From an uncultured Gammaproteobacteria bacterium (GTDB lineage: Bacteria > Patescibacteriota > Microgenomatia > UBA1406 > GWC2-37-13), in the NCBI GenBank assembly GCA_964543535.1, contig CAZIYS010000001.1, forward strand, positions 195,159-259,158: a stretch of 64,000 nucleotides of DNA, in the 5' to 3' direction. A program made the position numbers and the translations under genes. Below are positions 54,181-62,770 of this stretch, piece after piece (positions within the stretch are counted from its first letter, which is position 1; each line of letters opens with the position of its first letter). Below the pieces are notes generated by a model. It was not told where the DNA came from. It was given only the letters and a program-made list of their open reading frames with translations, and ran no database searches.

Positions 54181-54486
54181 CATATGAAAACAGTTTTGCT
54201 GAGACTGGTTTCGTTGATACCCAAGGAGAGGATTGTAATTAAAAAACTACGATCTTGGCCTTGGGTTTTTGCGTATAGAAGCTTGATCTCAGGGATCGAG
54301 GGATAGGAGAATGAATCAGCACCTATCCCCCGTTTCTTGGGGTTAAAATCTCAAGTTTTTCCCGCCGAAGGGGCGGGACCAAAAAGGAAGTTGTGACAAT
54401 TAGCCGTCACAAATCTTCCTTAATGGTAGATCGTGACGGAAATGAGTTGTTCATAAGCTAGAACAACTATTGAAAATATTTTTTTC
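54181..54486 (+). ncRNA. candidate structured non-coding RNA (~300 nt), class unknown
   Basis: Downstream of the promoter lie at least 5 stable hairpins: 54220-54265, 54300-54329, 54361-54377, 54386-54419, 54445-54468. A T-run follows at 54479-54485. No ORF with an SD. Confidence 0.35.
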
Positions 54487-54815
54487 CGTCGCACGTTTAC
54501 AAAATGGGTTTACCCGAACAAATTTTTTCTCGGGAATCAATAATAGCTATTGAAGAACCGAAAATTTCGACGGGTATTTTACTCGAAAGAGTAAATCAGG
54601 TTACTATATTTTATATGGGCATTTTATGGGCACATGGGAAACATGGCAGATTTGAACACGAACCTGAAAATCATCATCCTTTCTTTCCGAAAGAAATAAT
54701 TCTAGAAATAGGATTATTTTAAGTAGGGAAAGATTGGCTTGCACTTTGGCGCTAACTAATCGTTAGCCTCAGAGAGCAAGTCAATCTAAAAATCAGAAAA
54801 AGGAGAAAATGAAAA

Positions 54816-54962
54816 ATGAATACAATCGTATCAGTAGGTCTGAGTGGCCTTTTAACATGGGCACTCAAAAAAACATCCAAAGACATTGGGAATAAAATCC
54901 CTTTGTTAATTTGGATAATTATTTTCGTTGTGTTTGCGATTGGTTTCGCAAACATTAAGTAA
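54816..54962 (+). CDS. 48-aa two-TM peptide (not in the ORF track)
   Basis: SD aggag 10 nt upstream. MNTIVSVGLSGLLTWALKKTSKDIGNKIPLLIWIIIFVVFAIGFANIK. Confidence 0.4.
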   Translation: MNTIVSVGLSGLLTWALKKTSKDIGNKIPLLIWIIIFVVFAIGFANIK

Positions 54963-55115
54963 GATCGCCTTTTGAAAGGAGGTGATAAATAAGAAAAAGG
55001 GAGTGTACTCAACCCCTACTTACACCATACGGTGTAGATAATTCCAACAGGCCTGCAAAAGGTACTGACGGAAAACGAGAGAAAACGAAAAGTAAGATAA
55101 GAACAAGGAGTTAAA

Positions 55116-55796
55116 ATGAACCCGCAACTAGGACGACAGCAACAACAAGCACCCGCCGCAGCCGCACAACAAGCGCCGCAACCAGGACAGCAACCGCGCC
55201 CACAGCAACCGACGTGGTTTGCTCGAAACCGAAATTGGGTGATCCCTATGATCATCTTGATCGCAATCGTTTTTTGCCTTTCCTGCTTGGTCATCACAGG
55301 CCTCGTTGGATATGCATTCACGCGATCCGCCGCCGCTGTTCCCACCGCCCCGTACGCCCCCCCCGCTTCAACCGAAGCCCCCGCTCTGCCCACCCCCGCC
55401 GCGCCCGCGAATTCCTCATGTCCCACCACTCAAGAGGCCAAGAACCTCACTGGTGTTGACGTCCAACGCTTAGGCACAGAACCTTGTGCTTGGGTTTGGA
55501 GAGGAGTTCCCCCTGCCACTACGTTCGCCCGCTGTCCATCTGGATTCGCCTGCACCTGGGATGTCGTCAACGACATAACTGTTGTGCATTCTGGCGTCAA
55601 CCAGACTGCTGAAATTCACGCGGGAACGTGGAGATTTGTGGCGGCTTACCCGACCAGTGATGCAGTGCACGATATTTGTGCGCTCTATCAGAAAGAAAAG
55701 GCCTTCGGCTTGTCCGAAGTTCCTAGCTTTCAGGTTAGGTTTCAGTCCGTCACAGACGGCTCTTTGGGCCCTATTGGTCCGCAAACCTGTCCGTAA
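55116..55796 (+). CDS. GC-rich foreign-looking gene: Gln/Pro/Ala-rich tail, one TM helix, Cys-rich ectodomain
   Basis: SD aaggag 7 nt upstream. 226 aa. Six ectodomain Cys. Base composition is sharply different from the flanks. Confidence 0.6.
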   Translation: MNPQLGRQQQQAPAAAAQQAPQPGQQPRPQQPTWFARNRNWVIPMIILIAIVFCLSCLVITGLVGYAFTRSAAAVPTAPYAPPASTEAPALPTPAAPANSSCPTTQEAKNLTGVDVQRLGTEPCAWVWRGVPPATTFARCPSGFACTWDVVNDITVVHSGVNQTAEIHAGTWRFVAAYPTSDAVHDICALYQKEKAFGLSEVPSFQVRFQSVTDGSLGPIGPQTCP

Positions 55797-56048
55797 AAGG
55801 ACGTGAATGTGCCGTGCCGGCACTGTATAAGTATCCAATCGGATACTCGGCACAACCTGCAACCCACTGAGAGACTGAGAGAAATCTCAGAAAAAAGGAG
55901 GAAGAAGCTCTGTTATGTTTTTTGTTTGAACCGGAAGGTCAATTGCAGCCATTCGGCTCCAATTGCTTTCCGCAATTCAAACAAACTCATAATATCTTCT
56001 CCTCTTTTTTCTCATAATCATCAAGCACTTGGTGGTTATAGGAAAAAT

Positions 56049-56813
56049 ATGAAAACAATAAGTTTTGTCATCCCCGTTTATAACGAGGAAAAAAGAATTG
56101 AGAAGACTTTTAAAGCCTTGATGAAAGGTGTCTCTTTTAATGGGATAAAATTGGAAAAAGTAATTTTTGTCGACGACGGAAGTAGAGACGAAACAAAATC
56201 AAAAATCCAAATGACAAAATCTAAACTGGTAAGAAAATTAAAGGCAAAAATAAAGATAATCTCTTACAGTAAAAATCGCGGTAAAGGACATGCCATAAAA
56301 AGAGGCATGTTGGTTTCTAAATCAGATTATACTCTGATGTTTGATGCTGATATGTCAACTGAAATTAAAGAGTTAAGGAAGTTTTTATCTTTTATGAAAA
56401 AAGGTGTTGATATTATCATCGGCACCCGCAAAAACGGAGAGTCAACCGTCATCAAACACCAACCATTGTACCGTGAGCTTTTGGGACGCGGTTTTACCCT
56501 TTTATCAAACATTATCCTTGATACCTGGGTGACGGACTTTACCTGTGGATTTAAAGTTTTTTCAAAATTCGCCAAAAATAGAATTTTTGAAAATACTATC
56601 ATAGACCGTTGGTCATATGACGCGGAAATTATTTATCTGGCCAAAAAAATGAATCTGCTCATTCAAGAAAAATCTGTCGTCTGGAAAAATGATCCTCAAA
56701 CAAAAGTTGATTTAGCAAAAGATTTGCCTCAAACTTTAACTGACCTTATTAAAATAAAAATTCATGACTACAACTTACTAATTTCATTTTCTAAAAAACC
56801 AGCATTCATATGA
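56049..56813 (+). CDS. GT2 glycosyltransferase (polyprenyl-phosphate glycosyltransferase-like)
   Basis: ISFVIPVYNEE, VDDGSRDET and FDADMS motifs. ATG at 56049 is preferred over the track start at 55803. Confidence 0.85.
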   Translation: MKTISFVIPVYNEEKRIEKTFKALMKGVSFNGIKLEKVIFVDDGSRDETKSKIQMTKSKLVRKLKAKIKIISYSKNRGKGHAIKRGMLVSKSDYTLMFDADMSTEIKELRKFLSFMKKGVDIIIGTRKNGESTVIKHQPLYRELLGRGFTLLSNIILDTWVTDFTCGFKVFSKFAKNRIFENTIIDRWSYDAEIIYLAKKMNLLIQEKSVVWKNDPQTKVDLAKDLPQTLTDLIKIKIHDYNLLISFSKKPAFI

Positions 56814-57877
56814 AAAACAAAGTAATTGTTATTTCAAGCTATCCGGAAAAGTCCCTGACTCATGGTGAAAAGACCGTCGGTGTAGCTTCATACACTAAGA
56901 ATCTTTTATTGAATTTGAAAAATATCAATTTTGAGGTCTTGGCGGAAATTCATAATAAAAAAGAGAAATATGAAGAACAAGGTATTCTTGTCAATCGTGT
57001 TTGGAGGCGTAATTCTATCACCTCAATGATCGATTTGATGAACTACGTCACCAAAAGTCAAGTGATGACAATCGTTGTTCCTCTCGAATTTTATATGTTT
57101 GGAGGGTTAGTACAAAATATTGTTTTTCTTTACTCGCTTTTAGTATGGAAACTGTCTGGAAAAAAAATAATCTTAATTTTGCACCAAGTCGTGCTTTTTG
57201 TGAAAATATTCTATTTGCCGTTAATATTTTTGTCAGAAGAGGTCGTTGTTTTTGAAGAAAAATTTAGAAAAGTTTTAGGAAGTAAAAAAGTTGTCTTTAT
57301 TCCTCATGCCGTTGAATCGGTTCACATAGAAAAAACAAAAATAAATAAAAAATTCTCTGCTTTATATTTTGGTTTTCTTTCTCCATATAAAGGAGTAAAA
57401 GAATTAATAAATCTTTGGGATAAAAAGTTTGGTGCATTAATCATTGCGGGAGGCGGTAACCCTAACCATATGAAAAATAAACGGTATTTTGATTTCCTAA
57501 AAAATATTAAGGCCACCGGTTTTGTACCGGAAGATAAAATCGCCGATTATTTTTCAAAAACCAACCTAGTTATTTTACCTTATAAAATGTTTTTTTCTTC
57601 ATCCGGTCCTTTATCATTGGCTTTTTCTTTTGAAAAACCGTTTATTTTGTCAAAACCGCTCGAAGGGTATTTTGATAGCCCGGATTTTGACGAAGCTTTG
57701 AAAGAAACTGGATTAAAAAAGGAAGATTTTCTTTTTGATTTTAATAGCGAAAGTTTTGAAAATCGATTGAATTGGGCGAAGAAAAATCTCAACAAATTGA
57801 CTGCGTTTTCAAGGATAATGAAAGAAAAGAGAGCTTGGAAAAACGTCGCCAAACAATATGAAACACTTCTTAAGTAA
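56810..57877 (+). CDS. GT-B glycosyltransferase (GT1/GT4-like)
   Basis: C-terminal GFVPEDKIADYF...LPY block. ATGA overlap with the GT2 gene. Confidence 0.65.
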   Translation: MKNKVIVISSYPEKSLTHGEKTVGVASYTKNLLLNLKNINFEVLAEIHNKKEKYEEQGILVNRVWRRNSITSMIDLMNYVTKSQVMTIVVPLEFYMFGGLVQNIVFLYSLLVWKLSGKKIILILHQVVLFVKIFYLPLIFLSEEVVVFEEKFRKVLGSKKVVFIPHAVESVHIEKTKINKKFSALYFGFLSPYKGVKELINLWDKKFGALIIAGGGNPNHMKNKRYFDFLKNIKATGFVPEDKIADYFSKTNLVILPYKMFFSSSGPLSLAFSFEKPFILSKPLEGYFDSPDFDEALKETGLKKEDFLFDFNSESFENRLNWAKKNLNKLTAFSRIMKEKRAWKNVAKQYETLLK

Positions 57878-60728
57878 ATATAGATATCAGTTATTACTTT
57901 TTCTTATTGCTGCCATTCTCTTTTGGGTGAATTATTCACCGGGAACATACCTTTCCGGCTGGGACAATCTGCAGACTGAATTAAATCCCGAACTGGCTGT
58001 CAAACGGGCGTTTTTTAGCGTCTGGGAAGAGTATCAAAGCTTTGGTTTAACGGCCGGTATGGCTCATGCGGCTGATCTGCCCAGAGCGGTTCTCTTATGG
58101 CTCGTTTCGTTTGTCTTACCCCAAAATATGATCCGGTATTTTTATCATTTTTTGATGTTATTGTTAGGAGGGTTGGGAATGTTTAAGGTAATTATAGGAC
58201 TGGATCCCCGCCTCCGCGGGAATGACCCCACTTCGCCCTTCGGGCTTCGAGGGGCAAGCAATAAAACAATTGCCTTCCTTGGCGCTCTGTTTTATATGCT
58301 CAACCTTGGTACTGTCCAGATTTTTTATCTGCCGTTTGAATCTTTCTCGACTTTCTTTGCTCTCCTGCCGTGGGGGGTGTGGACGTTTATAAAAATAATA
58401 TCAAATATCAAATATCGAATATTAAAAAGAGATCTTCTGATTTTTTTTCTTATCAACCTTTTGGGCACACCCGCCTTTTATACCCAACAACTTTTTATTG
58501 TGTATATGCTGGTTTTAGGATGCATTGCTTTGGGAAAACTTAAAAATATAAAGAGAATATTTCTCGCTTTTTTTCTAATTTTAATTATAAATTCTTTCTG
58601 GATTCTACCGCAGGTATATTTTTTGAAAACCAATGGCGGTTGGCTAACTCAGGCCAAATCCAATCAAATCACCACCGAAGACACTCTTTATCAAAACTTA
58701 GAAAAAGGAACACTTGGTAATTTTTTAAGACTTGAGGGGTTTTACTTTGACCTCAGAGGAATACATAGCACTCCCCTTTTTTCGCCTTGGAAAGATCATT
58801 TTCAGGGAGCTTTTGAATTGCTCTCATATGCTTTTGCCGGATTGATGATTTTGGGTTTTTTAAAAACTATCAAAGAAAAAAAAATTGGCTTTGTTTTAAT
58901 TTTCGTTCTCTCTGCCACAGTTCTGCTTTTAGCAACACCGCCTTTTTCCTGGATCAACGAACTAATCAGACAGATTCCTATCATTAATCAAATCTTTCGT
59001 TCCCCTTTTACGAAGTTTATTATTCCTTATTCGTTGGTTTATAGTTATTTCGTCGTAAAAGGACTGTCCTTTTTCGGAACTAATTTGAAAAAGGTCAGTC
59101 CTTATATAATAGTTTTGATTTTTCTCTACTCTCTTCCCGCTTTCCAAGGCTATTTCTTTTCTCCGGAAATGAAAGTTACAATCCCAAATGATTATTCTCA
59201 AGTGATGAATTATTTTAAAACTGCTGAGAAAAACAAAAGGATTGCTCTTCTTCCCGATTATACTTTTTGGGGCTGGTTTTTTAATAAATGGGGTTATAAC
59301 GGGTCAGGATTTTTATGGTATGGGATTGAACAGCCGATTGTTTCCCGGACTTTTGACGTCTGGAGCTCAAAGAGCGAGTCATATTTTTGGGAAGAAAAAC
59401 AGGCGCTTGAGGCAGAAGATCTAACCCAATTTGAAAAAGTTCTTGATAAATACAACATAGATTATTTAATCATGGACTATTCTCTGATTCCGGTTGTCTC
59501 AAGTTATAAAAGTTTGGCCACCGATAGAATAGAAAATCTAATATACGCAAGTCAAAAGATTTCTTTAGTTTTCCGAGGAGAAAATGTCGCCCTTTATCAA
59601 GTCAGCCATCCGCAAAAAATAGAAAGTTTCGTTACTTTGTCATCAGGATTAAAAAATATCGGACCGGAAGTAAAGTTGATGATCGAGGACCGTGCTTATC
59701 AAGAAAATGGCGATTATATTTTGGATTCCCGCCCTGATATTTATTATCCGTTTGCTGATCTAACAACCCAAACGAGAATCAAAGATAAACAGTGGAACAT
59801 AAAAGAGTTAATTAACTCTTTTTCTATCAACTCTGATGTTGGTTTAGATCTTAACAACTATCAATTTAACATGCCATTGACCTCTACTGCCGGTATTTCC
59901 AATGATCAAGTAATAGCTAATTTAAAACTTAATCTAAATCCTTTTTTTGAAGACAAAAAAATCAAAATTAACTTTGAAAAAGTGTTAGTTAAATCGTTTG
60001 ATGTTAGTGGTTTCAATAATAATTTGACGGAATACGCTTTGACTGCGCCGGAATTGCCACAAAAATATGGTTATCTAATCAAAATCCGAAGTAAAAATAT
60101 CAAAGGTTCTCCATTATTTTTTTATATTGTTGATGAAACAAAAAAACAGTCGATGCTCGAAGAAAAATTAAGAGTCGATACCGAATATTTTATTTTACCT
60201 CATAAATTCGATTACGGCCTCGGATATTCTTTTGTCTTTCAAAATAAATCTTACAAAAACTATCCCTCGGAAAATTTGCTGGAAGAAGTATCTGTCTATT
60301 TGTTTCCATACGAAGAGTTAAAAAGTGCCAAGTTTATTAAAAATAATTCAACTCTAACAATACCAAGCTTTTCTGATGAATTTGAAGCTAAAAAAATTAA
60401 TTATTTTACCTACAAAGTCGTTATTAACAATGAAGTAATAAAACGATCCAATAATTTGATTTTATATCAATCCTACGACGACGGCTGGATTGCCATCTCC
60501 GGCGGAAAAAAACTTGACCATGTCTTAGTCAACAACTGGGCCAACGGATGGGAAATCAGTAGTCAGAAGTTAGAAGTTAGTAGTCAGCTAAAAGGAAAAA
60601 AACTAATTCCTAACTACCAACTACCAACTACTATTATCATCATCTTCTGGCCGCAGTACCTGGAGTTTTTGGGGTTTGGACTACTAATCGTTGCTTTTTT
60701 ATTTATTATTAAACAGAAGAATCTTTAA
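57858..60728 (+). CDS. large polytopic membrane protein, GT-C-like with soluble C-terminal domain
   Basis: 956 aa. N-terminal YLSGWDNLQTELNP loop, more than 12 TM helices, and a final TM helix. Carries repeat elements A+B in frame. Confidence 0.6.
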   Translation: MKHFLSKYRYQLLLFLIAAILFWVNYSPGTYLSGWDNLQTELNPELAVKRAFFSVWEEYQSFGLTAGMAHAADLPRAVLLWLVSFVLPQNMIRYFYHFLMLLLGGLGMFKVIIGLDPRLRGNDPTSPFGLRGASNKTIAFLGALFYMLNLGTVQIFYLPFESFSTFFALLPWGVWTFIKIISNIKYRILKRDLLIFFLINLLGTPAFYTQQLFIVYMLVLGCIALGKLKNIKRIFLAFFLILIINSFWILPQVYFLKTNGGWLTQAKSNQITTEDTLYQNLEKGTLGNFLRLEGFYFDLRGIHSTPLFSPWKDHFQGAFELLSYAFAGLMILGFLKTIKEKKIGFVLIFVLSATVLLLATPPFSWINELIRQIPIINQIFRSPFTKFIIPYSLVYSYFVVKGLSFFGTNLKKVSPYIIVLIFLYSLPAFQGYFFSPEMKVTIPNDYSQVMNYFKTAEKNKRIALLPDYTFWGWFFNKWGYNGSGFLWYGIEQPIVSRTFDVWSSKSESYFWEEKQALEAEDLTQFEKVLDKYNIDYLIMDYSLIPVVSSYKSLATDRIENLIYASQKISLVFRGENVALYQVSHPQKIESFVTLSSGLKNIGPEVKLMIEDRAYQENGDYILDSRPDIYYPFADLTTQTRIKDKQWNIKELINSFSINSDVGLDLNNYQFNMPLTSTAGISNDQVIANLKLNLNPFFEDKKIKINFEKVLVKSFDVSGFNNNLTEYALTAPELPQKYGYLIKIRSKNIKGSPLFFYIVDETKKQSMLEEKLRVDTEYFILPHKFDYGLGYSFVFQNKSYKNYPSENLLEEVSVYLFPYEELKSAKFIKNNSTLTIPSFSDEFEAKKINYFTYKVVINNEVIKRSNNLILYQSYDDGWIAISGGKKLDHVLVNNWANGWEISSQKLEVSSQLKGKKLIPNYQLPTTIIIIFWPQYLEFLGFGLLIVAFLFIIKQKNL
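58208..58257. repeat. composite GC-rich palindromic elements A+B, in-frame inside a CDS
   Basis: 58208-58227 is the reverse complement of 9784-9803. 58226-58257 matches 47102-47133. Translated as DPRLRGNDPTSPFGLRGAS. Confidence 0.85.
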
Positions 60729-61062
60729 TATCTTTTTTCACTTTTTCTATTAGCTTTTTAGTCTCTGGAAGGACTTTAATTATTGTACTCCAGATTCTTT
60801 CAGATACAATATCAGCATAGTTATGGATAGCCACGTCTCTAAGCCCTGCCATTTTCTTCCAGGGAATTTCTGGATATTTTTCTCGAATAGCAATTGGAAC
60901 ATGTTTTGTGGCTTCACCGATAATTTCCAATCTGCGCATAACTGAATCCTGAAGTTGAAAATCTTCATAAAAATCATCTTCGGATTTTCCTTTAATATAA
61001 GACTTGATCATATCAATACAGTCCAAGATGTCTTGAATTCGTAGATTATAATCTCTTTTCAT
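60709..61062 (-). CDS. HepT-like (DUF86) RNase toxin
   Basis: RLEIIGEA and RDVAIHNYADI (R-x4-H-x-Y) motifs. Confidence 0.85.
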   Translation of the reverse strand: MKRDYNLRIQDILDCIDMIKSYIKGKSEDDFYEDFQLQDSVMRRLEIIGEATKHVPIAIREKYPEIPWKKMAGLRDVAIHNYADIVSERIWSTIIKVLPETKKLIEKVKKDIKDSSV

Positions 61063-61346
61063 TTAGAAGATGGATAAATTGGTAATTGACTGGAAAGAAT
61101 ACTTTGTCTTAAAGCTGGTTTTATTCCTTTAAATTCAACTAAATCTACTTTTTTTTTCAGCACATCTTCCAGCTCAAATTGAATATCCATCATATCAAAT
61201 AAACTTTTGTCCTTCGGTACTTCAACCAAAATATCTATGTCACTTTTTTTATGAGTATCGCCCCGGACAACTGACCCAAACAAAGAGGCGCGACTGACGC
61301 CGTATTTTTTCAAAATTGGTATTATTTTGACTGTTATTTTATCCAT
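61059..61346 (-). CDS. MNT-type minimal nucleotidyltransferase antitoxin
   Basis: LFGSVVRGDTHKKSDIDILV motif. 4-nt overlap with HepT. Confidence 0.85.
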   Translation of the reverse strand: MDKITVKIIPILKKYGVSRASLFGSVVRGDTHKKSDIDILVEVPKDKSLFDMMDIQFELEDVLKKKVDLVEFKGIKPALRQSILSSQLPIYPSSK

Positions 61347-61392
61347 ACAAGTATTATAGCACTAATAACGGATTAGTCATCATTGCTTAAAA

Positions 61393-61632
61393 TTGTTTTT
61401 TGCCAACGGAAAAATCCTTGATCATGTTTTAGTCAACAACTGGGCTAACGGTTTTCGATTAAACCAAGTAAATAATTTTAATAAATTTCAACCCTTCGAT
61501 TTCACTCAGGGTAAACCAGTTTCTACTAATTTCAATGTTTTTATAATATTTTGGCCGCAGTATCTGGAGTTTTTGGGGTTTGGATTGATGATTCTGGCGT
61601 TGTCTACAACCACAATCGCATTTAAAAAATAA
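61393..61632 (+). pseudogene. displaced second copy of the 3' end of gene 57858..60728
   Basis: KILDHVLVNNWANG...IIFWPQYLEFLGFGL parallels KKLDHVLVNNWANG...IIFWPQYLEFLGFGL at 60504-60728. Confidence 0.6.
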
Positions 61633-61702
61633 CTCATTTTCCTTTTTTCCTGTAACTTTTTTCATAAACCTTTTTCCTAAACCTTAAAGTTCTAAACTAA
61701 TA

Positions 61703-61723
61703 ACAACTCTCGTGCGGCCGCAT
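61703..61723. repeat. 21-bp direct repeat, copy 1 (contains the palindrome tgcggccgca)
   Basis: acaactctcgtgcggccgcat is identical to 62353-62373. Confidence 0.9.
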
Positions 61724-61743
61724 CAAAGTTGTCATTACAGACT

Positions 61744-62340
61744 CTAACTATAAAGACCGAAGTAAGTCTTTAGCTGACTTTCTCGCTCTAATTTTTCGGC
61801 AATAATATAGCTTATATATTTTCCGCCTTCGACTATTTTTTTGATTAAACCAATCTCCTTCTCACATTCATAAGGAAAAACATAAACGCTTTGGTTGTAA
61901 GGATAAAAACTAATCTCCTTTAAAAAACTTCTTAAATAATTACGTTTATTTCTCTCCTCTTCTGGTACATCAAAAACCACTATAAACCATTTTCCTTGCC
62001 ACTTCTTTTTTTTCTTAAGATTTAAAACTTCTCGTAGTGAATATTTCAAAATAGAAACATCATCTTTATTTTTTACAGTCACAGAAATTTCTTCTCCTTT
62101 TCTTTCAATTTGAATTAATTTCTTTTTTTCAAGCTGCTTTAATACTCGTTTTGCTTTTTCTTTCGGTATTTTTATTCCTTTAAATTCTTCAATAATCTTA
62201 AGTATTCCTCCCAAAACAATGGGAAAATTTGGCGTGATAAAAATGGAGCCGCCTAAAACCAAACCGATTCCTAAAGCGGCTAGGATATATTGTTTTAATT
62301 CATTCGGTTTAAATTTTTTCTCTTTTTGGTTATTAGTCAT
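61744..62340 (-). CDS. membrane-anchored protein with PaaX-C / Cas2-fold-like C-terminal domain
   Basis: WQGKWFIVVFDVPEEERNKRNYLRSFLKEISFYPYNQSVYVFP. ATG at 62340 is preferred, because the track's N-terminus is encoded by the repeat. Confidence 0.5.
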   Translation of the reverse strand: MTNNQKEKKFKPNELKQYILAALGIGLVLGGSIFITPNFPIVLGGILKIIEEFKGIKIPKEKAKRVLKQLEKKKLIQIERKGEEISVTVKNKDDVSILKYSLREVLNLKKKKKWQGKWFIVVFDVPEEERNKRNYLRSFLKEISFYPYNQSVYVFPYECEKEIGLIKKIVEGGKYISYIIAEKLERESQLKTYFGLYS

Positions 62341-62352
62341 AATCCTTAGCAT

Positions 62353-62373
62353 ACAACTCTCGTGCGGCCGCAT
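62353..62373. repeat. 21-bp direct repeat, copy 2
   Basis: Identical to 61703-61723. Similarity continues for ~10 nt further. Confidence 0.9.
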
Positions 62374-62411
62374 TCAAGTGGTATGGTAATCGGTTAAATA
62401 AAAATAAAGAG

Positions 62412-62633
62412 TTATAAATTTTTTATTAAACTTCCTATTTTTATTTTCAAAATTTTGGCAATTTTATGAAGAAATCTGATTGATGGATTAGCTTTACCTT
62501 CTTCAACCTCAGCCAGATAACTGCGATCAACATCAGAGAGAATCGCCACTTGCTGTTGAGATAACTTAAGTTTTTTTCGATGAGTGATAATGCTTTCCCC
62601 CAGCCTTTTATAATAGAAATTACCTCGCGTCAT
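62412..62633 (-). CDS. XRE-family HTH regulator (paralog 1)
   Basis: LSQQQVAILSDVDRSYLAEVEEGKANPS helix-turn-helix. Confidence 0.8.
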   Translation of the reverse strand: MTRGNFYYKRLGESIITHRKKLKLSQQQVAILSDVDRSYLAEVEEGKANPSIRFLHKIAKILKIKIGSLIKNL

Positions 62634-62667
62634 TCAGCAATCATATTGGAATCAATATCAAAAAACA

Positions 62668-62683
62668 GTAGGTTATAACCTAC
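62668..62683. promoter_or_regulatory. perfect 16-bp palindrome, candidate XRE operator
   Basis: gtaggttataacctac lies 35 nt upstream of the ATG at 62633. Confidence 0.5.
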
Positions 62684-62770
62684 AAAATATATATTTTAGA
62701 TATCTATAACAAGCTAAATTTTAGCATATACCATGTGGGATATATCCAAGCTAATAATATTAATGTTAAT

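Noticed and set aside
54504-54722. 72-aa ORF downstream of the structured RNA candidate
   Set aside because: It has no SD and no leaderless-type -10, and I recognise no features in the product. It is kept only as a possibility within the RNA and island findings.
55016-55862. Minus-strand ORFs 55016..55429 and 55470..55862, and plus-strand ORFs 55214..55459 and 55582..55806
   Set aside because: Long open frames are expected by chance in GC-rich DNA. Only 55116..55796 has an SD, a TM helix and a protein-like composition.
61459-61665. 68-aa minus-strand ORF over the displaced gene-end copy
   Set aside because: It overlaps the region whose plus-strand frame retains clear homology to the C-terminus of gene 57858..60728, and it has no start signals of its own.
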